DNA of 64,000 bases, taken from the sequence record OQ703618.1. One strand, given 5' to 3'. The position numbers were made by a program, and so were the translations under genes. The DNA comes from Escherichia phage GADS24. The notes beneath the pieces were generated by a model. It saw nothing but the letters and a program-made list of their open reading frames with translations. It was not told where the DNA came from and did not search any database. This document shows positions 8,268-16,393 of the stretch, piece after piece (position 1 is the stretch's first letter; each line of letters opens with the position of its first letter).

Positions 8268-8641
8268 CTTATTTCCTTAACGAATTCCATAGCTTCTTCG
8301 TATTCATACTTTTTAACAGCTTCATTATACTGAGCTTGGGCTTTTGCGCACTGAACTTTCCATTCTCTTAATCTGGCTCTGTGATGTCGTCCTTGGTACC
8401 AATATCCCACCCAGTTAATAGGCATTAATAAAAATGGTACAATAAACGACCCGGGTATAATAAGTAAAAACACTGCATCAGACGATATAACTCCACTAGA
8501 ATCTAAAACAGCTCCTATAATCATAAAGATTAAAAATGCTAAAGCTAAAATAGGGCCAAACAACACTTCATTAGGAATTAATTTACGTTTGTATTCGTAT
8601 GCCCAGGGCTTAATTGGCATGTACAGGGTTGGCTTTGACAT
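8246..8641 (-). CDS. hypothetical membrane protein
   Basis: ORF track 8246..8671; start moved to ATG 8639-8641 (MSKPTLY) with GGAATGTAGAGAAT SD region; hydrophobic core; ends ...EFVKEIRCKSLNS. Confidence 0.45.
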   Translation of the reverse strand: MSKPTLYMPIKPWAYEYKRKLIPNEVLFGPILALAFLIFMIIGAVLDSSGVISSDAVFLLIIPGSFIVPFLLMPINWVGYWYQGRHHRARLREWKVQCAKAQAQYNEAVKKYEYEEAMEFVKEIRCKSLNS

Positions 8642-9215
8642 ATTCTCTACATTCCATAATAAATTGCTCAAGGATTAAATTGTTAGTGAAATTAGGACTA
8701 ACAACCATGGTTTCATAAAGCGCATCAATAGCACTTAAAGCATCAACTCTCTTAAGCAAAGGCTTGCCTTCATACATAGTTTCAGAATCGACGATTAATG
8801 TAAAGTAATATTTTTTATTATCGACTAGAACTTCAGTATCGATATAAAACATGTTAGACCTTAAAAGCTTATCTCTAAAGCCTATGTAATCATCTGAACG
8901 TTCGCTGATATATTCCCATTCAGTGTTTAAACAACAAACAGACCATGTAGGAGCAACGAAATCAGTAAATCTAATATCATGGTCTGCAACTAGTTTAGCA
9001 ATAGCTCCGATATCATGAATCATAATACCTGGGGCTAATAAAGATTTTCGGTTATTTGCATATTCAGTTGTCTCATAAGAAGACGACCAGTACCATTTAC
9101 GTCCAGTTGCAACATATCGTAATGAATCAACTAAAGACGTAGGTGGATTTACCTTATTTCGGAACTCTTCGAACATTGAGTCAATATCATTATTTTGGTT
9201 TCGCATGTTAACTCC
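8610..9215 (-). CDS. hypothetical protein
   Basis: ORF track 8610..9227; start moved to ATG 9213-9215 with AAGGAG SD; C-terminal region contains EQFIMECR. Confidence 0.5.
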   Translation of the reverse strand, partial: GVNMRNQNNDIDSMFEEFRNKVNPPTSLVDSLRYVATGRKWYWSSSYETTEYANNRKSLLAPGIMIHDIGAIAKLVADHDIRFTDFVAPTWSVCCLNTEWEYISERSDDYIGFRDKLLRSNMFYIDTEVLVDNKKYYFTLIVDSETMYEGKPLLKRVDALSAIDALYETMVVSPNFTNNLILEQFIMECREYVKANPVHAN

Positions 9216-9228
9216 TTTATTATCCAAA

Positions 9229-9247
9229 AGGAGGACCGGAGTCCTCC
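9229..9247 (-). terminator. GC hairpin (GGAGGAC-CGGA-GTCCTCC), candidate terminator
   Basis: 7-bp stem with tetraloop between genes 9256..9849 and 8610..9215; short T-run follows on minus strand. Confidence 0.35.
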
Positions 9248-9255
9248 GTATTATT

Positions 9256-9849
9256 TTATTTCAAAGAGTTAATATATTCTTGTACATCAGCAGAAGTGGT
9301 TTCGACACCAGCTGGAGTGCCATTGAACGTTTCAACACGAGTCAGAGTGTCTTCGATATCAACCTTAGTCAGTGCAGCGATTTCAATTACATCATCAGCC
9401 GTAGAGATACCAAGGGCATTGGCTGCTCGAGTTTCACGAATGTATTCGAGTTTGATTGCCAGATTCTGACGAGCATCATCAAGTTCAACCACCTTACGAG
9501 CAATTTCAATTCGCATAGCAGCATACCCGTCAGCTTTTGTATTAAGTTGTTCGGCAGTTCGACGATACAGAAGACCAAGCTTAGCATGCATGGTAACATC
9601 TTGTCCTTCAGCCAGGAGCTTACGAATTTCACGTTCCTTAGAAGCGGCTTGTTTGTTCTTTTCATTAACAAGTTCGCGAATACGTTTTTCTTCATTAATA
9701 GATTTAACAGAAGCCGTTTTTAGTTCTTTGATCTGGGTAATCAACTTATCTGCAGCTGCGTTATACTGTTCTTCGACAGTCAGATTTTTAGCCATAGCAG
9801 TACCCAGTTTAGTGCGGATGAATTCAACAAGTTTCTTCAGTGTGTTCAT
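9256..9849 (-). CDS. hypothetical coiled-coil protein
   Basis: Start at MNTLKK ATG (9847-9849) with AAAGGT SD; composition strongly helical/charged. Confidence 0.5.
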   Translation of the reverse strand: MNTLKKLVEFIRTKLGTAMAKNLTVEEQYNAAADKLITQIKELKTASVKSINEEKRIRELVNEKNKQAASKEREIRKLLAEGQDVTMHAKLGLLYRRTAEQLNTKADGYAAMRIEIARKVVELDDARQNLAIKLEYIRETRAANALGISTADDVIEIAALTKVDIEDTLTRVETFNGTPAGVETTSADVQEYINSLK

Positions 9850-9884
9850 ATTATTACCTTTCAATTGGTGGTTTATTATCCAAT

Positions 9885-9919
9885 GAGAGCATTATACTCT
9901 GCTCTCAAGAGTTTGTAAA
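9885..9919 (-). promoter_or_regulatory. sigma70-type promoter (TTTACA-17-TATAAT) with -10 inside a stem-loop
   Basis: Minus strand TTTACA (rc 9914-9919), 17 nt, TATAAT (rc 9891-9896); stem GAGAGC (9885-9890)/GCTCTC (9901-9906) encloses the -10. Confidence 0.5.
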
Positions 9920-10147
9920 TTATTTTTTAATCAAATTGACATAAAATTCTGCATCTTCAGGGTGCATGCCTTCGCAGTATTCTTCAACCATGAACTTCTT
10001 AACAGCTTCATAAGGACCACTCAGATTAAGCTCAGTTGTCCAGAACTTGGAATCTTGGACTGAATCGATACGAACTTCAGGGTGACGGTTGCGAATAACT
10101 TCTTCTGTGTATTCATAATCAACGACATCAATACTAACTGTAGCCAT
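9920..10147 (-). CDS. hypothetical protein (75 aa)
   Basis: ORF track; GAGGAAAAC SD; promoter cassette upstream. Confidence 0.45.
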   Translation of the reverse strand: MATVSIDVVDYEYTEEVIRNRHPEVRIDSVQDSKFWTTELNLSGPYEAVKKFMVEEYCEGMHPEDAEFYVNLIKK

Positions 10148-10210
10148 TTTGTTTTCCTCTTGATTTGATAGGACTACTATAACATAAACTTACTTAGATG
10201 TAAATTATTT
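10148..10210 (-). promoter_or_regulatory. PeSL-like cassette (degenerate stem)
   Basis: TGATAGGACTACTATAACATA core (10167-10187); ATTTAC -35-like (rc 10199-10204). Confidence 0.4.
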
Positions 10211-10358
10211 CAACGTCACCTTTAGCTGCTTTATAACCTTCAGCCCAAGATACAACAGAGTTTTTATCTGAGGATTCAAATTCAGGCATTGGACTTTCAC
10301 CAATATTCACACAGTATGTTTCTTCATTTTCATCGAACCAAATAATTAAAGTAGTCAT
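10194..10358 (-). CDS. hypothetical small protein (54 aa, below ORF-track cutoff)
   Basis: ATG 10356-10358 preceded by GAGGAG SD inside the 43-nt cassette shared with 47260..47302; translation MTTLIIWFDENEETYCVN... Confidence 0.35.
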   Translation of the reverse strand: MTTLIIWFDENEETYCVNIGESPMPEFESSDKNSVVSWAEGYKAAKGDVEIIYI

Positions 10359-10398
10359 TTTGTTTACTCCTCTGTAGTTGATAAGTCTATAGTATCAC
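10356..10398 (-). repeat. 43-nt cassette identical to 47260..47302 (-10/RBS/start-codon module)
   Basis: CATTTTGTTTACTCCTCTGTAGTTGATAAGTCTATAGTATCAC is identical at both loci; minus strand reads ...TGATACTATAGACTTATCAACTACAGAGGAGTAAACAAAATG. Confidence 0.8.
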
Positions 10399-10425
10399 CA
10401 TCCTTGGTGCTTGTACATCATTATT

Positions 10426-10731
10426 TTAATTTTTCCAACTTAACAACTTGTAGTATCCTTCATTCATACGTGGTTTATCCCAAGAAATACTAATATATGA
10501 TTCACTGTCAATAGAAGTCGCCGGGTTTTTCTCTACCGTAAGACCTTCACTTTCCAGCCATTCAATAGTATTTGCGCATAAATCTGAAGAACACCTAATC
10601 GGAAACCGGCAAGATTTTTCACCTTTAGCTGCAGTGTTATACATCTTTTCTAAAATACGCTTTTGCACGTTTTTAAAAATAGTTTCGGCAGATTCTTCAG
10701 ATTTTTTATTCAGTTCAGTGTAAAGACTCAT
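10426..10731 (-). CDS. hypothetical protein (101 aa)
   Basis: ORF track 10426..10773; start moved to ATG 10729-10731 with CATGAGGAGAATATT RBS identical to that of gene 5454..5759. Confidence 0.5.
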   Translation of the reverse strand: MSLYTELNKKSEESAETIFKNVQKRILEKMYNTAAKGEKSCRFPIRCSSDLCANTIEWLESEGLTVEKNPATSIDSESYISISWDKPRMNEGYYKLLSWKN

Positions 10732-10795
10732 AATATTCTCCTCATGTTTTTTAATAGGACTATAGTAACACATCTAGGGAAGAAGTAAACAACTT
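10732..10795 (-). promoter_or_regulatory. PeSL-like early promoter cassette
   Basis: GTTTAC (rc 10785-10790), 17 nt, TACTAT; TAGGACTATAGTAACA core. Confidence 0.45.
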
Positions 10796-10805
10796 TTTCA
10801 GTAAG

Positions 10806-10838
10806 TTATAAACCCCCTAAAGGGACCCGAAGGTCCCC
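10806..10838 (-). terminator. rho-independent terminator (GGGACC-TTCG-GGTCCC + TTTAGGGGGTTTAT)
   Basis: 6-bp GC stem 10822-10837 with tetraloop; T-rich tail on minus strand, directly after the stop of 10844..11470. Confidence 0.5.
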
Positions 10839-10843
10839 ATTCT

Positions 10844-11470
10844 TTACTTACGAGTTTTTGCATACTGAGCAGCATCAGCAGCCAAACGACCTGCCTGACG
10901 AAGTTTTTCTTTAATCGCATCGTGAAGTGGTTGAGTATACTTCAAACCTTCGATAGTCAAATAAAGACGATAAAGGTCTGGGGTATCAAGGTTGTTGATA
11001 TGTTGACCATTGCGAAGAATATTGAATTCACGAACGAGTGAAGATGTATCGGATTCAATATCACGAACAAGCGAAGATAGTTGTTTATATTTTTTTTCCA
11101 GGCTAGAAGTATCAAACTTAAGAGCAGGAGCTTTAGGAGTTGCTTTTACTTCAGGCTTAGGCTCAGGTTTTGCTATTGCTTTAGGGGTCGCAGGTTTAGG
11201 AACGGTAGGAGCAGGTTTTACTTTAGGCGAACCAGATTTAGCAGGAACACCACCACTAACAATATCTTTGAATGCTTTAGAAGCTCTGTAATATTCTTTT
11301 TGGCTCGAAGTGTCGATACCGTACATGGCTTGAACGTTTTTGAAAAACTCTGTACTAGTTTTTGTACCAGAAATAGCATCATAAGCAGCTCGCCATTTCT
11401 CTTTTGTCATACGTACACCGGCTTCGGTGATTACTTCCGTTTCGGCTAAAAATTCATTAAAAGTATACAT
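10844..11470 (-). CDS. internal protein (IP)-like with capsid-targeting N-terminus and Pro/Ala/Lys-rich linker
   Basis: Begins MYTFNEFLAE; central PKVKPAPTVPKPATPKAIAKPEPKPEVKATPKAPA; late promoter TATAAATA about 36 nt upstream. Confidence 0.6.
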   Translation of the reverse strand: MYTFNEFLAETEVITEAGVRMTKEKWRAAYDAISGTKTSTEFFKNVQAMYGIDTSSQKEYYRASKAFKDIVSGGVPAKSGSPKVKPAPTVPKPATPKAIAKPEPKPEVKATPKAPALKFDTSSLEKKYKQLSSLVRDIESDTSSLVREFNILRNGQHINNLDTPDLYRLYLTIEGLKYTQPLHDAIKEKLRQAGRLAADAAQYAKTRK

Positions 11471-11505
11471 CGATGGTCCTTAGAAAGTAGGTTTATTGTT
11501 TACTA

Positions 11506-11513
11506 TATTTATA
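11506..11513 (-). promoter_or_regulatory. T4 late promoter TATAAATA (minus strand)
   Basis: Plus tatttata at 11506-11513 = TATAAATA on minus, upstream of IP-like gene start 11470. Confidence 0.55.
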
Positions 11514-11544
11514 CAAAAAAAAGCCCCAACCTTTCGGAAGGGGC
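11514..11544 (-). terminator. candidate rho-independent terminator
   Basis: GC-rich imperfect hairpin 11523-11544 followed on minus strand by T8 (rc of A-run 11515-11522). Confidence 0.45.
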
Positions 11545-11574
11545 TATATACCTTGTCGGGGTTTCCACCTACTA

Positions 11575-11740
11575 GGTAAGTGTTTGTACGAAACGCCGGG
11601 ATTTGAACCCGGTTATTAAGTAGTTGACGCTACTCAATATTTTTAAAAGGCCATATCTCGACCATATCCGAACGTTCCGTCAAAAACGCTACTCGGCTTA
11701 CGGCAAAGATATTTCCTCGAATCGTTAATTAGGTGCGCCG
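11575..11740 (-). ncRNA. candidate small stable RNA with tRNA-like T-arm (rnaC/rnaD-like) or tRNA remnant
   Basis: Minus strand carries CCGGG-TTCAAAT-CCCGG (rc of 11596-11612); no canonical D/anticodon arms or 7-bp acceptor stem found by hand; lies 3' of the tRNA genes, where T4 has species 1/2 RNAs. Confidence 0.25.
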
Positions 11741-11847
11741 TTTCTGCTGTGATGTAAGGGGATATTAACAAATCGTAAAGATTTATTAAGACCAGTCCTT
11801 ACTCAGGGAACATCAGTCCGACGACTTGCCGGTAGCGACCCGGCTTC

Positions 11848-12192
11848 TTATTTTGGCATATCATCAATTTGCTCTCGACGCCGACGCCATAGATTAATCG
11901 CTTCATAAACACATTCAGCATTTGGTATATGGCGACAATAGTATAGTGATTCGCGTTTCTGGAATCGATGTTGTAATGGAATTTCGTTTAAAAGGTCTTT
12001 ACGGTCAAAGTATTCAAAACTAGTTAACCCGGAACGGTTTTTAAGAAACTTCCAATGGCCGAATTCATTTTGGAAATAAACGTAATCAGCGTGTTGATAT
12101 AACGAATTAATCAACCGGTCGGAAATAACTGTATCCTGTTCGTTAAAATAAAACGTTAAATCATGAACTACTAGATAAATATTGCCTTTCAT
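11848..12192 (-). CDS. hypothetical protein (114 aa)
   Basis: ORF track 11848..12240; start moved to ATG 12190-12192 (MKGNIYL) with GTGAGGAAAAT SD so it does not overlap tRNA-Arg. Confidence 0.45.
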   Translation of the reverse strand: MKGNIYLVVHDLTFYFNEQDTVISDRLINSLYQHADYVYFQNEFGHWKFLKNRSGLTSFEYFDRKDLLNEIPLQHRFQKRESLYYCRHIPNAECVYEAINLWRRRREQIDDMPK

Positions 12193-12210
12193 ATTTTCCT
12201 CACTTAAAGT

Positions 12211-12287
<77 letters not shown>

Positions 12288-12290
12288 GAT

Positions 12291-12365
12291 TGGTGACCCT
12301 GGCTGGTTTCGATCCAGCTACCTATCAGTTATGAGCTGACAGCTCTCCCATTGAGCTACAGGGCC
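12291..12365 (-). tRNA. tRNA with CAT anticodon (Met, or Ile if lysidine-modified)
   Basis: Hand-folded 75 nt: acceptor GGCCCTG/CAGGGTC, D-arm GCTC-AATGGGA-GAGC, anticodon stem GTCAG/CTGAT with loop CT-CAT-AA, T-arm GCTGG-ATCGAAA-CCAGC, encoded ACCA. Confidence 0.8.
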
Positions 12366-12444
12366 TAAATAACTTTCTATTATGAAAGGCACTTTAGAGT
12401 ACCTTTGGTAATAGAGGGTATGAATTAATAATAACACATAATTC

Positions 12445-12960
12445 TTAAAGCAAATCAATCATTTTAACAGTTGGTAAAACAATTTCCTTTTCAATATAAG
12501 CAAATTCGACACGTTCAACTACACGCAAGAAATCGTAATCATAATATTCAGAAGCGTGGCCGAGAATATCAATAAGGCCTTTGGATACCTCATCACCTTT
12601 CACAAAGAACAGGTCGAATACACGCGATTCGTCTTCTTCAGATTTATTACCAAGGTCGACTTCAATATCAAAGACCTTTTTAATGAATTCTGGATAAAGC
12701 TGGTCTGAGAACAGTCCTTCAACCAAGTATTCATAGATTAAAAGTGAGCAATCACTGAACGGTGTATTACCACAGTAACGTTCAGCTTTAGTGCTAGAAT
12801 GACGACTCTTAAATTTCTTCAAGAGATATTTAAACTGTTGGAGCTCATGCTCTTCTACACCAAATAATGTTTTGGTTTTATAGTTGTCACCGTCATTTTC
12901 CCAAGTAGTGACATCAATTACGTAACCTTTAGGAATTGTACTGCCTAAACAAATATTCAT
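12445..12960 (-). CDS. hypothetical protein (171 aa)
   Basis: ORF track; tightly packed with the two genes upstream. Confidence 0.5.
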   Translation of the reverse strand: MNICLGSTIPKGYVIDVTTWENDGDNYKTKTLFGVEEHELQQFKYLLKKFKSRHSSTKAERYCGNTPFSDCSLLIYEYLVEGLFSDQLYPEFIKKVFDIEVDLGNKSEEDESRVFDLFFVKGDEVSKGLIDILGHASEYYDYDFLRVVERVEFAYIEKEIVLPTVKMIDLL

Positions 12961-12964
12961 TTAT

Positions 12965-13255
12965 TCACCGTACCATATTAATGTAATTATATTCAATGCA
13001 ACGTAATTTCAAAGGATTCTTGAAAATATCATATTCAAGAGGACCTGATTCAGTTTCAATAAAGAAATCAAAGTTCACACTATTAAATTTGCGGTCTTCC
13101 CAAAGTAATTTAACCTGTGAAGATGAACGGTCGACGTAAACCTTTTCAACTTCAAAATTAGTCAAAATACCATAGTAATCGACTAGTGCTTTAGCTGCAC
13201 GTTGATCGCTTTCATATCCATTCTCGACAGATTTTACTTTAGCATAAAGAATCAT
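12965..13255 (-). CDS. hypothetical protein (96 aa)
   Basis: ORF track; overlaps upstream gene by 4 nt. Confidence 0.5.
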   Translation of the reverse strand: MILYAKVKSVENGYESDQRAAKALVDYYGILTNFEVEKVYVDRSSSQVKLLWEDRKFNSVNFDFFIETESGPLEYDIFKNPLKLRCIEYNYINMVR

Positions 13256-13614
13256 GAGTGTTCCACCACTTCAAAAGTATGTGCATTGACAATCTGATAC
13301 CAGTCAAAATTTTCTTCAGCATTTTTGTAGATTTCACGAAGAGCTTCAACAGTTTTTCCTGTAGCAACAAGATCGTCAATACCGCCAAGAGGATAACAGT
13401 CGTAACCAGCAAACAGAAGGAAATTAATAGTTTCTGTAGGTTCTGGATGCAGAACACCGTTATCGTCTACCACTTCAAAGAAAATGTAAGAAGGAGTACA
13501 AGTTTTAATCCAGGCCCAAGCTTGAGCTGCTGAATCAAATGGTCTGCGTATCAAACGACAATCCGGGTCTTTAGAAGGATTTGCTTCAAAATCCGCATAT
13601 ACGTGATATTTCAT
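13252..13614 (-). CDS. hypothetical protein (about 120 aa)
   Basis: ORF track 13252..13632; probable start at MKYHVY ATG. Confidence 0.45.
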   Translation of the reverse strand: MKYHVYADFEANPSKDPDCRLIRRPFDSAAQAWAWIKTCTPSYIFFEVVDDNGVLHPEPTETINFLLFAGYDCYPLGGIDDLVATGKTVEALREIYKNAEENFDWYQIVNAHTFEVVEHS

Positions 13615-13615
13615 T

Positions 13616-13822
13616 TTACTCACCTTTTGCAATTTTATCCATAACGATAGCGATTAAGCCGATTAGAAATGCTACTACCAATGAGATAGAATTTTCTGTT
13701 GTTGTCAGTAGTCCACAAATGAATCCTACAAACATCGAAAAACTAAAAGCCATTGAAGCAATTACTACAGCAACATTACGAATCAGTTCAGCGCGTTTCA
13801 TTTTATTTCTCCATTTACTCAT
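13616..13822 (-). CDS. small membrane protein (68 aa)
   Basis: Single long hydrophobic segment; promoter cassette directly upstream. Confidence 0.4.
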   Translation of the reverse strand: MSKWRNKMKRAELIRNVAVVIASMAFSFSMFVGFICGLLTTTENSISLVVAFLIGLIAIVMDKIAKGE

Positions 13823-13871
13823 TTGTTTTGATAGGACTACTATAACATAATCCTATCAGCATGTAAACTAC
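13823..13871 (-). promoter_or_regulatory. PeSL-like early promoter/stem-loop cassette
   Basis: GTTTAC (rc 13863-13868), 17 nt, TTATAG; TGATAGGACTACTATAACATAATCCTATC inverted repeat. Confidence 0.5.
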
Positions 13872-14159
13872 TTACAGAAGAGTTTTTGCAATAATTTTAA
13901 GCTGAGCTACAGAAATATGCTTAGCTTTAAACAGTGCAGTCTCTTCAGCCGGAGAGATAACAATAGTAGCGCCATCTTTCTTAGCAGACCATCCATCCCC
14001 TAAGTAAACAGTACCTTTTACTTCTTCGCCGTCAACCAGACTAATCATTGGTTTACCCTCACGTCCTTTATTTGCTTTAATAACTTCGGAAGTAAGGGTT
14101 GCTTCGGTCAGAGTAGAAACGTTAGCATCAGGTGATATAAATTCTTTATAGGTTTTCAT
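13872..14159 (-). CDS. internal protein I-like (IP with capsid-targeting N-terminus)
   Basis: Begins MKTYKEFIS; 95 aa like T4 IPI precursor; adjacent to 57B as ipI is in T4. Confidence 0.6.
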   Translation of the reverse strand: MKTYKEFISPDANVSTLTEATLTSEVIKANKGREGKPMISLVDGEEVKGTVYLGDGWSAKKDGATIVISPAEETALFKAKHISVAQLKIIAKTLL

Positions 14160-14236
14160 TTTATTTCCTTGAGGTCGTTTATTTGATAGGATGATAGTAA
14201 CACGCCATCATCCTTATGTAAACTGTTTTTGTGAAA
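14160..14236 (-). promoter_or_regulatory. PeSL-like early promoter/stem-loop cassette
   Basis: GTTTAC (rc 14218-14223), 17 nt spacer; inverted repeat GGATGATAG (14189-14197)/CCATCATCC (14204-14212). Confidence 0.45.
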
Positions 14237-14922
<686 letters not shown>

Positions 14923-14926
14923 TTTA

Positions 14927-15661
14927 TTACCTTAAGATTGTTTCAATTTTAGAATAAAGCTCTTCTAAAGAGCCGTCGTTTGTAATAACTAAATCGCCTT
15001 CTTCAATAGGCAACCCAGCTTCTGTAATATGTTTATCGGTGGATTCCGTACCAGAGCGAACCACATGAATAACTGTAGCACCCATCGCTCTAGCGGTTTC
15101 CATTTCATGGACTTGGCGTGTATCGGTTACAACATAGTAATCGAAATCACTTCCAATATAATCCATATAGTTTAATGCAAAAAGTTTAACCCAATACATA
15201 CGGTCAAATAAATTAACGACAACATCCGTACCGAGGGCTTGCATAAGACGGCGGATTGACCATGTGTCGTTGATATTATTTATAGCTTCACGCAGGGCTT
15301 CATATGGTTTAATATCTAGATATGAATACCCACCTTCTAATGATGATAATACTTTAACATTATTAATTGGTAAATATTGACTTTGTAAATAAATTAGCGC
15401 TTCTTCCATTAATTCAATAACATCCAACTTATTGATATTTAATGGTGTTTCACGGTCGTATCCAACACCTTCGAAGTATTCATATTTCAACTCAGTGAAT
15501 ACATCAGGGTTTTCGGCATGTCTACGCCCCCAGGCTATTGCTAGAGCGTCTTTAATAGGATATGCCAATTGGTATTTTACGGATTTAAAGTTTGAATTGA
15601 TGTAATCAGCAGTGGTGTCTTTACCACTACGTTTGATGCCGCTTAAAAAGATTAGCTCCAT
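14927..15661 (-). CDS. 1: deoxynucleoside monophosphate kinase
   Basis: MELIFLSGIKRSGKDTTADYI...DRMYWVKLFAL...HEMETARAMGATVIHVVR matches T4 gp1. Confidence 0.9.
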   Translation of the reverse strand: MELIFLSGIKRSGKDTTADYINSNFKSVKYQLAYPIKDALAIAWGRRHAENPDVFTELKYEYFEGVGYDRETPLNINKLDVIELMEEALIYLQSQYLPINNVKVLSSLEGGYSYLDIKPYEALREAINNINDTWSIRRLMQALGTDVVVNLFDRMYWVKLFALNYMDYIGSDFDYYVVTDTRQVHEMETARAMGATVIHVVRSGTESTDKHITEAGLPIEEGDLVITNDGSLEELYSKIETILR

Positions 15662-15714
15662 AGGTTTTCCTCATATAATTTATGAGTGATTATAACATAC
15701 GGAGCTAGAAGCGA

Positions 15715-16299
15715 TTAACGCAAGGAAGGGTGTCTAGAAATGGATTTAGATTCGACTGCTTGACGTGGTTGTTGAGATACAATGACTTCGCCATCCTTTT
15801 CTATCGTCATATACGCGTAGTGAATAGTTGCTACGCACGTAACGGCAGGGTCGGAGTCTTCGGTGTAACTAAATTCAATTTCACTCAAATCAGAAATCCA
15901 TGGTTTATAGAAATTTGCCGTCAAAACTACTTCAGTCTTATTGTTGTTTAAAATGTGCAAAGTAACAAACTCAGGACCATCTGAGTGGGCCGTATTATGT
16001 CCGGTTATATAGTTATTAGTGCTGAGCATCCATTTATACATGTTCATCCAGGACGTCATGTCTTCATCAACTATAAATCGTACAACAAAAGGGTCGTATT
16101 CAAATGTGGTGCCTGCACGCATTGCACGTCCTAACCCCATTGTGCCTGTAACAGTTTCAACAACAGGAATTCTCACACCTGGCAATGGAGCCGTTTGGGC
16201 ATTGAGCACAAAACCCGAAGTTCGTGTACTATCTGGGATATCCACAACAAAGTTTGTTATATTTGTTTGGTTAAAAATCTGTCTCGCTGGACGAGTCAT
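15715..16299 (-). CDS. 3: tail completion / sheath stabiliser protein (gp3-like)
   Basis: Position between genes 1 and 2; start placed at ATG 16297-16299 with GAGGTG SD. Confidence 0.65.
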   Translation of the reverse strand: MTRPARQIFNQTNITNFVVDIPDSTRTSGFVLNAQTAPLPGVRIPVVETVTGTMGLGRAMRAGTTFEYDPFVVRFIVDEDMTSWMNMYKWMLSTNNYITGHNTAHSDGPEFVTLHILNNNKTEVVLTANFYKPWISDLSEIEFSYTEDSDPAVTCVATIHYAYMTIEKDGEVIVSQQPRQAVESKSISRHPSLR

Positions 16300-16393
16300 A
16301 AGCACCTCAAAAACGCTTTAATAAAAATGCAGTATAATGGTTTTAGGTCTCTTCCATTAATCTGGTTCAACAGAAGAACAGAAGAGAATAGAA

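Noticed and set aside
9205-9723. Plus-strand 172-aa ORF
   Set aside because: Antisense to the coiled-coil gene 9256..9849; no promoter or RBS; all neighbouring genes are on the minus strand
11081-11449. Plus-strand 122-aa Arg/Phe-rich ORF
   Set aside because: Antisense shadow of the Pro/Ala/Lys-rich linker of the IP-like gene
11596-11612. Canonical tRNA gene at the GGTTCAAATCC T-arm
   Set aside because: No acceptor stem or D-arm, and the candidate anticodon loop is non-canonical; retained only as a possible stable RNA
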